From: Gemmatimonadales bacterium
GTDB lineage: Bacteria > Gemmatimonadota > Gemmatimonadetes > Gemmatimonadales > GWC2-71-9
Assembly (NCBI GenBank): GCA_025929805.1
Contig: JAICPP010000001.1
Span: 1 to 39,930, forward strand
Direction of reading: 5' to 3'
Length of the DNA stretch: 39,930 nt
Shown: positions 1 to 9,916 of the stretch, piece after piece
How positions within the stretch are numbered: the stretch's first letter is position 1
How the letters are laid out: each line of letters opens with the position of its first letter
Made by a program: the position numbers and the translations under genes
The notes under the pieces: generated by a model
The model's input: only the letters and a program-made list of their open reading frames with translations
Databases searched by the model: none
What the model was told of the DNA's origin: nothing

Positions 1-472
1 ATTCGACCGGGATCACCGTGGCGCCCAACAGCTGCATGCGGTACACGTTCAGCCGCTGCCGCTCCATGTCTTCCGCCCCCATGTACACCACGCACTCGAG
101 GTTGAAGCGAGCGCAGACGGTGGCGGTGGCAACTCCGTGCTGGCCAGCACCCGTTTCGGCGATGATCCGGCGTTTCCCCATTCGTGCGGCCAGGAGAGCC
201 TGGCCCACCGTATTGTTGATCTTGTGGGCCCCGGTATGGTTGAGGTCTTCCCGCTTGAGCACCACACGGGCACCAACACTTTGGCCAAACCGCGGCGCTT
301 CCGTGAGAGGGGATGGTCGGCCCACGAACTCGCTCAGCAGTTGCTCGAGCTCGGCCCAAAAGGCGGGATCGGAGCGAGCGGCATCGTAGACTGCGGTCAG
401 CTCGTCCAGCGCGGCGACGAGAGTCTCCGGCACATATCGACCACCGTAAGGACCAAATCGGCCGGACACCAC
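1..472 (-). CDS. trpB: Tryptophan synthase beta chain, N-terminal part (runs off the window's 5' edge)
   Basis: Absent from the ORF track. My reverse-complement reading from GTG-GTG at 472/469 gives [155 protein letters not shown] with no stops. It contains the TrpB PLP-lysine motif HTGAHKINN. It starts 4 nt after the trpF stop. Confidence 0.9.
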   Translation of the reverse strand, partial: MVSGRFGPYGGRYVPETLVAALDELTAVYDAARSDPAFWAELEQLLSEFVGRPSPLTEAPRFGQSVGARVVLKREDLNHTGAHKINNTVGQALLAARMGKRRIIAETGAGQHGVATATVCARFNLECVVYMGAEDMERQRLNVYRMQLLGATVIPVE

Positions 473-476
473 CTGC

Positions 477-1121
477 TCAGGTGCTTGGGCTATGAGCAAA
501 GACGGCCTCCACAAAACGCAGAATCTTGTTGTGGTCCTTGACGCCAGGCCCGCGTTCGACACCTGAGCTCACGTCCACGATGTCGGGTCGGACGTAGGCC
601 AGGGCCTCGGCGACGGTATCGGGGGTGAGCCCACCGGCGAGGGCCATTGGGTGGCCCGCCAGGCGCCCTCGGGCCTCCCGCGCGACCGCGAGCTCGAGGG
701 GTACTCCGGTCCCGCCGGGGGCTCCAGCGATCTTCGGCTCGACCAACACCGCATGGGACTCGGGGACGGCGGGAGCCAACGCGTCCAGATCGGACGGCGC
801 CGCGATTCGCACGACCCGCCAGACCAGGAGTCCGGCGGCGCGTAGCCGCTCCGCATCCGATTGCGTGTAGGGGCCATGCAGCTGCGCCCCCCTAAGCCCC
901 GCTAAGTCAGTGGTCTGGAGGATCGCGTCGACCGATTGTTCCGCGAACACCCCCAGAACTGGAACACCGCCGCCAGCAGCGGCTATTTCGCGGGCATGGT
1001 GCTGAGTGACCGTTCTGGGTCCCCCAGCAAAAACGACGCCCAGATAGGAGGCACCGGCCTCCGCGGCCTTGATCGCGTCGTCGGTACGCATCAGGCCACA
1101 GATCTTGACCTTAGCGGGCAT
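477..1121 (-). CDS. trpF: Phosphoribosylanthranilate isomerase
   Basis: 214-aa ORF starting [31 protein letters not shown], a typical TrpF N-terminus. It lies between trpC and trpB. Confidence 0.88.
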   Translation of the reverse strand: MPAKVKICGLMRTDDAIKAAEAGASYLGVVFAGGPRTVTQHHAREIAAAGGGVPVLGVFAEQSVDAILQTTDLAGLRGAQLHGPYTQSDAERLRAAGLLVWRVVRIAAPSDLDALAPAVPESHAVLVEPKIAGAPGGTGVPLELAVAREARGRLAGHPMALAGGLTPDTVAEALAYVRPDIVDVSSGVERGPGVKDHNKILRFVEAVFAHSPST

Positions 1122-1935
1122 GGCGCTGGACCGTGGAAAGCTCGCGCAAGAGCACCCCGGGCGATGTGGCCGATGAGAGCGCGGTTCCGATCAGAACTGC
1201 GTCCGCACCGGCCTGTGCCGCCTCGAGTACGTCGCTTTGCCCGAGAAGCCCACTTTCCGCCACAGCGACTCGGTCATTCGGAATTTGGGCGATCAGCCTC
1301 CAGGCGGTCCCCGTGTCGACTCTGAAGGTGTCGAGATCCCGGCTGTTGACGCCGATCAACTCCGCGCCGGCTTCAAGGGCAGAGTCGAGCTCTCTGGCTG
1401 TGTGTACTTCAACCAGCGCATCGAGGCCCAGCTCGGCGGCGTATCGAATCAGCGTGGCGAGCTGTGGCCGCCCCAACGCGCGCACGATAAGGAGTACGGC
1501 TGCGGCGCCTGCAGCCCGGGCCTCGAGAATCTGGACTTCATCCAGGATGAAGTCCTTGCGAAGCACCGGCAGGGCACATTGCTCGGCCGCGGCCTTGAGG
1601 TCTCGCAGCGAGCCTCCGAAATAGGGACCATCGGTGAGAACCGAAATAGCAGACGCTCCGCTTGCGGCGTAGAGCGCGGCCCGTTCCCCCGGATCCAGTT
1701 CTTCGCAAATCGATCCTAGCGAAGGGGAGCGCCGCTTAATCTCCGCGATCACGGCGACGCTGCTTCTTCGGAGCGCTGCCCGGAATGAAGGTCGCGCCAC
1801 CCGGCTGGACCGGATGTCCCGCTCCAGAGTGGCCCGGCGGCCCTGGAGGACCGGCAGAGTCTGGCGGGTAGAGGCGAGAATGTCCTCGAGCCGAACTGGC
1901 ATCTTGCCCTTCGGCCGGTCTTCGGGTAGCTTCAT
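1111..1935 (-). CDS. trpC: Indole-3-glycerol-phosphate synthase
   Basis: 274-aa ORF with VIAEIKRRSPSLG and IGVNSRDL motifs typical of TrpC. It overlaps the trpF start by 11 nt. Confidence 0.9.
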   Translation of the reverse strand: MKLPEDRPKGKMPVRLEDILASTRQTLPVLQGRRATLERDIRSSRVARPSFRAALRRSSVAVIAEIKRRSPSLGSICEELDPGERAALYAASGASAISVLTDGPYFGGSLRDLKAAAEQCALPVLRKDFILDEVQILEARAAGAAAVLLIVRALGRPQLATLIRYAAELGLDALVEVHTARELDSALEAGAELIGVNSRDLDTFRVDTGTAWRLIAQIPNDRVAVAESGLLGQSDVLEAAQAGADAVLIGTALSSATSPGVLLRELSTVQRHAR

Positions 1936-1950
1936 TCGGGCTCTATTCGG
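1934..1950. promoter_or_regulatory. Direct repeat ATTCGG-N5-ATTCGG (ATTC-N7-ATTC) in the 44-bp trpC/lexA divergent gap; candidate operator
   Basis: ATTC at 1934-1937 and 1945-1948, 11-bp phasing, 30 nt upstream of the lexA ATG and overlapping the trpC start codon. Function is inferred only from position and from resemblance to direct-repeat type LexA boxes. Confidence 0.2.
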
Positions 1951-1979
1951 TCGTCACGTCGATCTAGGAGGAGATCCGG

Positions 1980-2588
1980 ATGCCGCTGACCAAGCGCCAG
2001 AGTGAAATCCTGAGCTACCTGCAAACCCACATCCATGGGCAGGGGTATGCACCCAGCTTTGAAGAGATTGCCGAGCAGTTCGGCTTTCAGTCTCTGGCCA
2101 CCGTCCACGAGCACCTCACCAACCTCGAGCGCAAAGGCTACATTCGGCGCTCCTATAACGAGAGCCGGTCAATCGAGGTCTTGCCTCCCCGGGGCACTTC
2201 GGCCGCCAGCGAGATCCCCCTGCTGGGCAAAGTTGCGGCCGGAACCCCGATCGAGTCATTGATGCATGAAGAGACCATCGCAGTGCCCGACCAGATGCTT
2301 CCCCGCCGCGGCCCCAACTACGCGCTCAAAGTTCAGGGCACGTCGATGATCGACGAGCACATCGTCGACGGAGACATCGTCGTGGTGCATGGCAAGCAGA
2401 CCGCCGAGAACGGCGAGATGGTCATCGCTCTGGTCAACGGCAGCGAAGCCACCGTCAAGAAATTCTACCGCGAGCCGGGCGGCTGGATTCGACTCCAGCC
2501 TGCTAATGCCACCATGCAGCCCATGCGCTTTCAGGAGCGTGACGTGCTGATCCAGGGGGTGGTGGTCGGCGTCATTCGCAAGTATTGA
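1980..2588 (+). CDS. lexA: LexA repressor (S24 peptidase)
   Basis: MPLTKRQSEILSYLQTHIHGQGYAPSFEEIAEQFGFQSLATVHEHLTNLERKGYIRR winged-helix N-domain. Ala-Gly cleavage site in KVAAGTP, catalytic Ser in QGTSM and Lys in VKKF. AGGAGG Shine-Dalgarno at 1965-1970. Confidence 0.95.
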   Translation: MPLTKRQSEILSYLQTHIHGQGYAPSFEEIAEQFGFQSLATVHEHLTNLERKGYIRRSYNESRSIEVLPPRGTSAASEIPLLGKVAAGTPIESLMHEETIAVPDQMLPRRGPNYALKVQGTSMIDEHIVDGDIVVVHGKQTAENGEMVIALVNGSEATVKKFYREPGGWIRLQPANATMQPMRFQERDVLIQGVVVGVIRKY

Positions 2589-2591
2589 GAA

Positions 2592-2667
2592 CGTAAAGGG
2601 TAAAGAGTAAACGGTGAACCGGTCTCTCGGAGAAGGTCGGTTTACTGTTAACCGTTAACTGTTCACG
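2592..2667. repeat. Imperfect inverted repeat whose arms are four heptads of GTnAAnn (and its complement), separated by 10 nt
   Basis: Arm 2592-2624 (cgtaaag ggtaaag agtaaac ggtgaac cggtc) versus the reverse complement of 2635-2667: 22/33 identities by hand, with matches falling on GT-AA every 7 nt. Lies between the convergent lexA and trpD ends. The right arm overlaps the last trpD codons. Confidence 0.6.
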
Positions 2668-3701
2668 CTTTTTCGAGCTGGTGCCGCAGCCCTCACCCGA
2701 GTCAACACTGCTGCGGACAGCCCCGAGTTCAGTGACTCTTGCGCCCGTTCCACTGCTTCCTTGAACGACCATCCATTTCCCGAGACGTAGAGAGCAGCGG
2801 CGGCGTTGAGCAACGCGGCGCAGCGGATGGCGGCGTTGCCCTGCCCCGTCAATAACTCTTCGATCATTGCCGCATTCTGAGCCGGCTCACCACCCGCAAG
2901 TCCGTCCAGGTCGTCGCATTCCAAACCATAGTGAGCCGGGTTGAGCTCCCAGGTCCGGGCGTGGCCTTCGGCTACTTCCCACACGTAAGTACATCCTGCC
3001 GGACTGACCTCATCCATGCCCACGGCAGCGTGGAGCACCAGCGCATGCCGGGCACCGAGTCCCCTGAGCGCCTGGGCTACGAGCGGAGCGCGGGTGGCGT
3101 CGGATACTCCAATGACTTGACGGGTCACGCCGGCGGGGTTCACCAAGGGGCCGAGCAAGTTCATGATCGTGGCTACACCCAGTTCCTTCCGCACTGCGGC
3201 AAGGTGCCGCATGGCGGGGTGATAGTGAGGGGCAAACAGAAAAACAAAGCCGCAGGATTGCAGGATAGGAGCAGCGGCCTCCGGCCCTATGCCGACATCG
3301 ACGCCCAGGGCCTCAAGCACGTCGGCCGACCCGCACATCGAGGTGTAGCTCCGGTTCCCATGCTTCGCCACCGGTACGCCCGCTCCAGCCACAATGAAGG
3401 CCGCGGCAGTCGACAGATTGACCGTGCCCACCCGACCCCCACCGGTGCCACAGGTGTCGACCAGAGCATCGGGAGAGTGGGCCGCCAGGCGAACCATGGC
3501 AGAGCGCAGCGCCTGTGCGGCCCCAGCGATTTCCTCCGGAGTCTCCCCTCTTGCCCGCAACCCCATGAGCAGAGCACCAGCCTGAGCGGTCGTGGCGGCG
3601 CCGCGCATGATGACGTCAAAAGCGGCCGCGGCTTCCGCCTGGCTGAGGGGCCTGCCCTGCGCGATCTGGAGTAGCGCTGACCGGAGTTCCGCGTCTTCCA
3701 T
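2655..3701 (-). CDS. trpD: Anthranilate phosphoribosyltransferase
   Basis: 348-aa ORF with CGTGGGRVGTVNLSTAAAFIVAGAGVPVAKHGNRS, the TrpD glycine-rich / KHGN motif. Confidence 0.92.
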   Translation of the reverse strand: MEDAELRSALLQIAQGRPLSQAEAAAAFDVIMRGAATTAQAGALLMGLRARGETPEEIAGAAQALRSAMVRLAAHSPDALVDTCGTGGGRVGTVNLSTAAAFIVAGAGVPVAKHGNRSYTSMCGSADVLEALGVDVGIGPEAAAPILQSCGFVFLFAPHYHPAMRHLAAVRKELGVATIMNLLGPLVNPAGVTRQVIGVSDATRAPLVAQALRGLGARHALVLHAAVGMDEVSPAGCTYVWEVAEGHARTWELNPAHYGLECDDLDGLAGGEPAQNAAMIEELLTGQGNAAIRCAALLNAAAALYVSGNGWSFKEAVERAQESLNSGLSAAVLTRVRAAAPARKSVNS

Positions 3702-3748
3702 TCTGAGCAGCCGAGAGGTATGCCAACAGGGGTGACGGTAGGCTCAAA

Positions 3749-3778
3749 ATTGTACCCGGCGAGGGCGCCTTTTGTCAA
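3749..3778 (-). promoter_or_regulatory. Sigma70-type promoter for trpD (-35 TTGACA, 18-nt spacer, -10 TACAAT)
   Basis: Minus strand reads TTGACA(3778-3773) aaaggcgccctcgccggg TACAAT(3754-3749), ending 47 nt upstream of the trpD ATG at 3701. Confidence 0.55.
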
Positions 3779-3800
3779 TTCTGACAAGCAGTTGCGCCGC

Positions 3801-3829
3801 TTGCTCGGGGTGTGGTGCCGGGCTAGATT
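3801..3829 (+). promoter_or_regulatory. Candidate promoter for truA (-35 TTGCTC, 17 nt, -10 TAGATT), placed 6 nt from the GTG start (leaderless geometry)
   Basis: TTGCTC 3801-3806, TAGATT 3824-3829, GTG at 3836. No purine-rich SD in between. Confidence 0.35.
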
Positions 3830-3835
3830 CCGCCG

Positions 3836-4636
3836 GTGAGCCGGACCTTCCTCGCCACGCTACACTATGACGGCACCGGCTTTGTGGGGTGGCAACGTCA
3901 GGCGGCTGGCCGCTCGGTACAATCCGAGTTCGAGCGGGTTCTTCACCGCATCTTTGGTCATAGAACTGTCGCCCATGCCGCGGGCCGGACCGATGCGGGC
4001 GTCCATGCGGTGGGCCAGGCTGTCAGCTTCAGCGCCCCGGCAAGCTGGACGTTCCACACCCTTCGTCGTGCCCTCAACGCGCTCCTTCCTCGCGACTGCT
4101 GGGTCGAGTCCGTGCATCCGATGCAACCCGGTTTCCATGCCCGGAAATCCGCTCTGACACGCCGCTATCGTTACGACATCGGGCTGGACGACGCGGCGGC
4201 CTCCCCCTTTCGCCGCGGCTTCGAATGGGCGCTTGGCCGCCCACTCGACCTGGATGTGCTTCGAGCCTCGGCTCACCTGCTTGGCGGGGAACACGACTTC
4301 CGCGCCTTTGCAGCCAAGGGTGACAAGCCGCATTACCGTTGCCGCCTCTCTCTGGCCGAATGGAGAGCCCGGCCAGAGGGGCGCGGAGTGAGCTTCCACG
4401 TGGAGGCCGATCGTTTTCTTCACCACATGGTCCGCATGTTGGTCGGCACCATGGTGGAGGTAGGACTGGGCCGGCGCCCGGTGGAGGATATCTGGACCCT
4501 GCTTCAGCGCACGGACAACGCGGCCACCAGCCCGCCGGCGCCGGCACACGGGCTCTATCTCGTGGCGGTCACCTACCCTCCGGACCTTTTCGACCGATCA
4601 GTGGGAGATACGCGTGCGACTGCCGCGCTGGGATAA
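3836..4636 (+). CDS. truA: tRNA pseudouridine(38-40) synthase
   Basis: LHYDGTGFVGWQRQ and GRTDAGVHA (catalytic Asp) motifs. 266 aa. Confidence 0.9.
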   Translation: MSRTFLATLHYDGTGFVGWQRQAAGRSVQSEFERVLHRIFGHRTVAHAAGRTDAGVHAVGQAVSFSAPASWTFHTLRRALNALLPRDCWVESVHPMQPGFHARKSALTRRYRYDIGLDDAAASPFRRGFEWALGRPLDLDVLRASAHLLGGEHDFRAFAAKGDKPHYRCRLSLAEWRARPEGRGVSFHVEADRFLHHMVRMLVGTMVEVGLGRRPVEDIWTLLQRTDNAATSPPAPAHGLYLVAVTYPPDLFDRSVGDTRATAALG

Positions 4637-6035
4637 CTTCGTATGCCTGGGGCTCCTGCTCGGGGGGCTCGGCTGCCGGGATGCACCGGAGCCACGGCTA
4701 AGCGTTGCTTCCGCCGGTGCTCAGGCTCCGGCCCGGGTCGCCCAGGTCCAGACTGCTATCGACGCCTCGCGTCGGACCGCGCTGGTGGCGGCTGCCGATC
4801 GGGTCTCCCCCGCGGTAGTCTCCATCAACGTGAGCTCCCGCCAGCGGGTGACCCCGCGCTCGCCCTGGGACTTCTTCTTCGTTCCCGAGGGAGCCCGATT
4901 GGTCCAGGGATATGGGACCGGATTCATCGTCCGCTCCAATGGGATCATTATCACCAACCAGCATGTCGTCGCGAACGCCGAGCGGGTAGTGGTGACCCTT
5001 CGTGACGGGAGTGACTTGAACGCGACGGTGCTGGGGGAGGACCCAATCACCGATATAGCGGTGCTGCGGGTCAAGAAGGAGAGTTTGCCGACCGTGACCC
5101 TGGGCCGCAGCACCGACCTCATGATCGGAGAATGGGTGGTCGCCCTGGGAAATCCTTACGCCTACCTCCTGGGCAATGCGGAGCCCACCGTTACCGTTGG
5201 CGTGGTGAGCGCCACGGAACGGAACATACTCCCGGGCGGTGACCAGACGGGATTGTACCTCGACATGATCCAAACCGACGCCGCCATCAATCCGGGCAAC
5301 TCCGGCGGGCCGCTCACCAACGCGCTGGGTGAGGTGGTCGGGGTCAACTCGTCCATCTTCAGCAGCAGCGGCGGATCCGTCGGGCTCGGTTTTGCCATAC
5401 CCATCGAGCGCGCCGTTCGGGTGGCGGACGAGATCATCAAGAACGGCACTGTGAGACGTGCCTGGGTTGGTCTCGAGGTCGAGGGAGCACGAGCGATGCG
5501 CGACTGGAAGAGCCAGGGCGGCGTGGTTCTCTCCAACGTGGCGCCCGGAGGTCCGGCTGCCAAGGCGGGACTCCGCCCGGGCGATGTCCTGCTCGAAGCG
5601 AACGGCCGCCAGCTGCGGAACTATCTCGACTGGGAGGCGGTAAAACTGGATCTCCACGTGGGCGACGCCGTGGAGATGGTTGTGCGGGCCGGCAACACCA
5701 CCGCACGCCGGCGGGTGGTCACCGGAGATCTGCCGACCGTCACTGCCGAGAAAATCACGGTTCTCGAGGATCTCCAACTGATCAACGTGACGCCTGCCAT
5801 TCAGGCAGAGCGCGGTATCCGGAGCGAGCGTGGCGCGCTGATATTCCGCATCTCACCTGAGGTAAGTCGCGCCACCGGGTTGCAGCCGGGCGATGTTATT
5901 CTGGCTATCAACCGCTCTCCGGTGCGCAACGCTTCGGAGGTCGCCAATCTCCTGAACGTGCGACCAGGACAGGTCATCCGCATCTACGTCGAGCGCGAAG
6001 GTCAAATCACCTTCACGGATCTGGTGTTCCGATGA
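4614..6035 (+). CDS. HtrA/DegP-family periplasmic serine protease with two PDZ-like regions
   Basis: Triad contexts TNQHVV, DIAVLRV and GNSGGPL. Hydrophobic N-terminal signal/anchor. GGGAG SD 6 nt before the GTG at 4614. Confidence 0.88.
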   Translation: MRLPRWDNFVCLGLLLGGLGCRDAPEPRLSVASAGAQAPARVAQVQTAIDASRRTALVAAADRVSPAVVSINVSSRQRVTPRSPWDFFFVPEGARLVQGYGTGFIVRSNGIIITNQHVVANAERVVVTLRDGSDLNATVLGEDPITDIAVLRVKKESLPTVTLGRSTDLMIGEWVVALGNPYAYLLGNAEPTVTVGVVSATERNILPGGDQTGLYLDMIQTDAAINPGNSGGPLTNALGEVVGVNSSIFSSSGGSVGLGFAIPIERAVRVADEIIKNGTVRRAWVGLEVEGARAMRDWKSQGGVVLSNVAPGGPAAKAGLRPGDVLLEANGRQLRNYLDWEAVKLDLHVGDAVEMVVRAGNTTARRRVVTGDLPTVTAEKITVLEDLQLINVTPAIQAERGIRSERGALIFRISPEVSRATGLQPGDVILAINRSPVRNASEVANLLNVRPGQVIRIYVEREGQITFTDLVFR

Positions 6036-7471
6036 GCGATGACCGCTGGCGGTCCCCGCTGGGAACCCGGTACTCGTCGCCGGCCATGCAGACACTCTGG
6101 GGTGAGCCCCGCCGCATCAGCCTTTGGCGCCGGCTGTGGCTGGCTCTCGCCGAAGCCGAGCGGGAGCTGGGGCTCGATATACCCGAGCGGGCCTTGACCG
6201 AGATGCGGGCACACCTGGATGACGCCGATCTCGCGGCTGCCGCTCGCTATGAGCGGCGCTTCCGGCACGACGTGATGGCACACATTTACGCCTTTGCCGA
6301 CCAGGCACCGGCAGCTCGGGCCTATCTCCATCTGGGCGCCACGAGTGCATTCGTCACCGACAACGCCGACCTCGTGATCATGCGGGATGCGCTGCGGCTT
6401 CTCCTGGGCCGCCTGATCGCAGTCCTGGCGGCACTGGAACGCTTCGCTACCCGGTACGCTCAGCTCCCCTGTCTGGCATATACCCATTATCAGCCGGCGC
6501 AGCTCACCACCGTGGGCAAGCGGGCGGCGCTCTGGATGCAGGACTTCGCGTTGGATGTCGAAGCGGTCGCTCACCGGGTCGGGATCATGCGGCTGCGGGG
6601 CTGTAAAGGCACCACCGGCACTCAAGCCTCGTTTCTCGAACTCTTCGGCGGCGACCACGAGAAGGTTCGGGAGCTCGATCGACGCGTGGCGGCCAAGCTC
6701 GGCTTTCAGGAGACCTTCCCTGTCACCGGGCAGACTTACACTCGGAAGGTCGACAGCGGTGTCATGGATACCCTCAGCGGCATAGCCCAGTCCGCTTCCA
6801 AGCTGGCAGGCGACCTACGCCTGCTTCAGCACGAGGATGAGCTGCTCGAGCCATTCGAGTCGGAACAGGTGGGCTCCAGCGCCATGGCGTACAAACGCAA
6901 CCCCATGCGTGCCGAGCGCATCAGCGGGCTCGCCCGCTATGTGATCTCATTGCCCGCCAATACAGCCAACACCGCCGCGAGCCAGTGGCTCGAGCGGAGT
7001 CTCGACGACAGCGCTAACCGCCGGCTCACGCTGCCGGAGGGCTTTCTTGCGACCGACGCGATTCTGGTGCTTGCCACCAACATTGCCGCAGGACTGGAGG
7101 TGCGGGAGGATGTGATCCGCCGACACGTAGCGGATCAGATGCCGTTCATGGCAACCGAACGCTGGTTGATGCTGGGAGTTGCCGCGGGCGGCGACCGCCA
7201 GGCGCTGCATGAGGTGATCCGGCGCCACAGCCTGGCCGTGGCCGATGCCGTGAGCCGGGGAGAATCCAACGAGCTCCTCACCCGGTTGGCAAGCGACCCT
7301 GGATTCCGCGGCGTACCCCTGGCCAGACTGCAAGCAGAGCTGGATCCGGTCAACTACACCGGACGCGCGGCCCAGCAGGTATCGGAGTTCATCGAGGAGT
7401 ACCTGCGGCCGCTGCTTCACCGTGCCCTGCCGTTGGCGGCGGAGGCAGAAGCCGCGGAGGTCGTGGTTTGA
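6032..7471 (+). CDS. purB: Adenylosuccinate lyase
   Basis: 479 aa with the fumarate-lyase signature [19 protein letters not shown] overlap with the htrA stop. Confidence 0.92.
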   Translation: MSDDRWRSPLGTRYSSPAMQTLWGEPRRISLWRRLWLALAEAERELGLDIPERALTEMRAHLDDADLAAAARYERRFRHDVMAHIYAFADQAPAARAYLHLGATSAFVTDNADLVIMRDALRLLLGRLIAVLAALERFATRYAQLPCLAYTHYQPAQLTTVGKRAALWMQDFALDVEAVAHRVGIMRLRGCKGTTGTQASFLELFGGDHEKVRELDRRVAAKLGFQETFPVTGQTYTRKVDSGVMDTLSGIAQSASKLAGDLRLLQHEDELLEPFESEQVGSSAMAYKRNPMRAERISGLARYVISLPANTANTAASQWLERSLDDSANRRLTLPEGFLATDAILVLATNIAAGLEVREDVIRRHVADQMPFMATERWLMLGVAAGGDRQALHEVIRRHSLAVADAVSRGESNELLTRLASDPGFRGVPLARLQAELDPVNYTGRAAQQVSEFIEEYLRPLLHRALPLAAEAEAAEVVV

Positions 7472-8397
7472 AGCAGACGGCCACACTGGTCCAGAGTCAG
7501 CTGCCGCTGCCGTTGCTGCGCCGGGGCAAGGTACGGGAAGTCTATGAGGTAGATGCGGAGCATCTCCTGCTGGTGGCCAGCGACCGCGTGAGTGCGTTCG
7601 ACGTCGTCATGCGGGAGCCGATTCCCCGGAAAGGCGCGGTATTGACCCAGATCAGCGCCTTTTGGTTCGAGCGGCTCGCCGACGTGTTCCCCTCCCACTA
7701 CATCACTGCGCGCACCGCGGACATTCTCGAGCGGATACCGGGTCTTCAGGGAATGGAGGGAGAAATCGCGGGCCGCACGATGCTGGTGCGGCGCGCGCCC
7801 CCGGTACCCTTCGAGTGTGTGGTTCGGGGGTACCTGTCGGGATCCGCCTGGGGGGAGTACCGAGCCCAGGGAACTCTGGCGGGTGAGCCGCTGCCGGCTG
7901 GCCTGGTCGAAAGCCAGCAACTGGATCCGCCGCTCTTCTCCCCCGCCACCAAAGCGGAAGTGGGTCACGACGTGAACGTGACGTTCGCTGCCATGGCCGA
8001 GGCGCTCGGCAGAGAGCTCGTCGACCAGCTGAGGGACGCGAGCTTCGCAGTCTATCAGGCGGGGCGCGATCACGCCCTTCGCCGGGGGATCATCATTGCC
8101 GATACCAAATTCGAATTTGGAATCGACGCTCAAGGTGGCCTGCGACTCATCGACGAGCTTCTCACGCCGGACTCCTCCCGCTTCTGGCCGGCAGACCGTT
8201 ACGCGCCGGGCCATGCACAACCGAGCTTCGATAAGCAGCCGTTGCGTGACTATCTCGCATCACTCAAGGCCGCGAGCCAGTGGAACGGCGAGGCACCACC
8301 TCCCTCGCTGCCGCGGGAGGTGGTAGACGCCACGAGTCAGCGCTACCTCGAGGCCTATCGACTCCTTACGGGGCAGAAGCTGAGCGAGGAGTTGTGA
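7468..8397 (+). CDS. purC: SAICAR synthetase
   Basis: [10 protein letters not shown]...[13 protein letters not shown] motif block. The TTG start overlaps the purB TGA (TTGA). Confidence 0.88.
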   Translation: MKQTATLVQSQLPLPLLRRGKVREVYEVDAEHLLLVASDRVSAFDVVMREPIPRKGAVLTQISAFWFERLADVFPSHYITARTADILERIPGLQGMEGEIAGRTMLVRRAPPVPFECVVRGYLSGSAWGEYRAQGTLAGEPLPAGLVESQQLDPPLFSPATKAEVGHDVNVTFAAMAEALGRELVDQLRDASFAVYQAGRDHALRRGIIIADTKFEFGIDAQGGLRLIDELLTPDSSRFWPADRYAPGHAQPSFDKQPLRDYLASLKAASQWNGEAPPPSLPREVVDATSQRYLEAYRLLTGQKLSEEL

Positions 8398-9044
8398 TTC
8401 GGACCGCCCCGGAGGGCCGCTGGTTCATCGTCGGGGCTTGGCTTCTTGCGCTGGGGCTGTGGCTCGCTGTGTTTCGTTTCGCCACGCCGGGCTGGTGGCT
8501 CGCTGCGGTCCTCGGGACGGCGTTGGCCATCTGGGTGGTTGCTTTTTTCCGCGACCCGGAACGGACGGGGCAGCGGGGTGACCGGCTGATTCTGGCACCC
8601 GCCGATGGGAAGGTGGTCAGCATCGTCGAGGCCGATGAGCCGGCCTTCTTTCAGGGTCGCGCGTTGCGTATCTCCATCTTCATGAATGTCTTCAACTGTC
8701 ACGTCAACCGATATCCAACCGACGGCACGGTGAGCTACCGCCACTACAATGCCGGTAAGTTCGGACACGCTGCTTCCGAAAAGTCCAGCCTGGATAACGA
8801 GCAGTCCTCGGTGGGCCTGGTGACGCAGTACGGCAAGGTGCTCATCCGCCAGATCGCCGGGCTGATAGCGCGGAGGATCGTAACCGACCACGAAGTCGGC
8901 ACCCGAGTGCAGCAAGGACAACGGTTGGGCATGATCCGTTTTGGATCCCGGGTAGACCTCTTTCTGCCGACCGGCACGCGCGTGCTGGTCAAGACTGGAG
9001 ACAATACGCTGGTAGGAGTAACTGTGGTGGCCGAATGGAGCTGA
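8394..9044 (+). CDS. psd: Phosphatidylserine decarboxylase proenzyme (short form)
   Basis: Two N-terminal TM helices, PADGKV, and the self-cleavage G-S in [12 protein letters not shown]. Start moved from 8280 to the in-frame GTG at 8394, which overlaps the purC TGA (GTGA). Confidence 0.8.
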   Translation: MIRTAPEGRWFIVGAWLLALGLWLAVFRFATPGWWLAAVLGTALAIWVVAFFRDPERTGQRGDRLILAPADGKVVSIVEADEPAFFQGRALRISIFMNVFNCHVNRYPTDGTVSYRHYNAGKFGHAASEKSSLDNEQSSVGLVTQYGKVLIRQIAGLIARRIVTDHEVGTRVQQGQRLGMIRFGSRVDLFLPTGTRVLVKTGDNTLVGVTVVAEWS

Positions 9045-9916
9045 GACAACGTCGAGAGGGCCTCCGGCGCCCTTCTATTCGACAGGTCGTGGTCGTCATG
9101 CCGAGCACGTTCACGCTGGGAAACCTGTTTTTCGGGTTCTGGGCCATCGTGTCGGCTTTCAACGGCAACTTCCGGTGGGCCGGCTGGTTCATCGTCTTCG
9201 CCGGCATCCTCGACATGCTGGACGGGCGAGTTGCCCGCCTGTCGGGAACCGGCACGCGGTTCGGCGCCGAGCTTGACTCGCTGGTAGACGTGATCTCGTT
9301 CGGGGTGGCTCCTGCCCTCTTGATGTACTTCCTCGACTTTTCGAACGCCGGCCGATTTGCCTGGATTCTCTGCTATATCTACGTCGTCGCGGTTGCGCTG
9401 CGGCTGGCTCGATTCAACGTCCTCTCAGCCGGAAAGCCCTCGACTGGGTGGTTCACCGGCATGCCGTCGCCTTCCGCAGGGATGACCCTGGCGGTCTATT
9501 ACCCGTTCAGCCAAACCGAGTGGTATCGTGCATCGCTGGCCTACCTGGACTTGCAGCATGAAGGTCTCGTCGTGCTCATGCTCCTTCTGGCGGTTCTCAT
9601 GGTCAGCAATGTCAAATACCCCAAGTTCCCACCCATTGGTGTCCGCAGCGTCCGGGGGATCTTTGGCCTGGTGGTGCACCTGGTGATCCTGCTCGGCGGA
9701 ATCCTCGTACCTGAGTATTTTTTGTTTCCGTTGGGACTGCTCTACATGAGCTACGGGCTGGTCCGGGCGACAGTGCTTGGTTTGATGGAAAGACCGGAGC
9801 CGGTCACGGTCGTGGACGAGCGATTGGCCGACGGGCACGATCCCACGCTGCCGCCTCCGCTCTCGCACGAACGACGCAGCCGCTGGGGAGACCGACGACA
9901 GGAGCCGGAGCAATGA
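9035..9916 (+). CDS. pssA: CDP-diacylglycerol--serine O-phosphatidyltransferase
   Basis: CDP-alcohol phosphatidyltransferase motif DMLDGRVARLSGTGTRFGAELDSLVDVISFG. Multi-pass membrane protein. Confidence 0.85.
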   Translation: MELRQRREGLRRPSIRQVVVVMPSTFTLGNLFFGFWAIVSAFNGNFRWAGWFIVFAGILDMLDGRVARLSGTGTRFGAELDSLVDVISFGVAPALLMYFLDFSNAGRFAWILCYIYVVAVALRLARFNVLSAGKPSTGWFTGMPSPSAGMTLAVYYPFSQTEWYRASLAYLDLQHEGLVVLMLLLAVLMVSNVKYPKFPPIGVRSVRGIFGLVVHLVILLGGILVPEYFLFPLGLLYMSYGLVRATVLGLMERPEPVTVVDERLADGHDPTLPPPLSHERRSRWGDRRQEPEQ

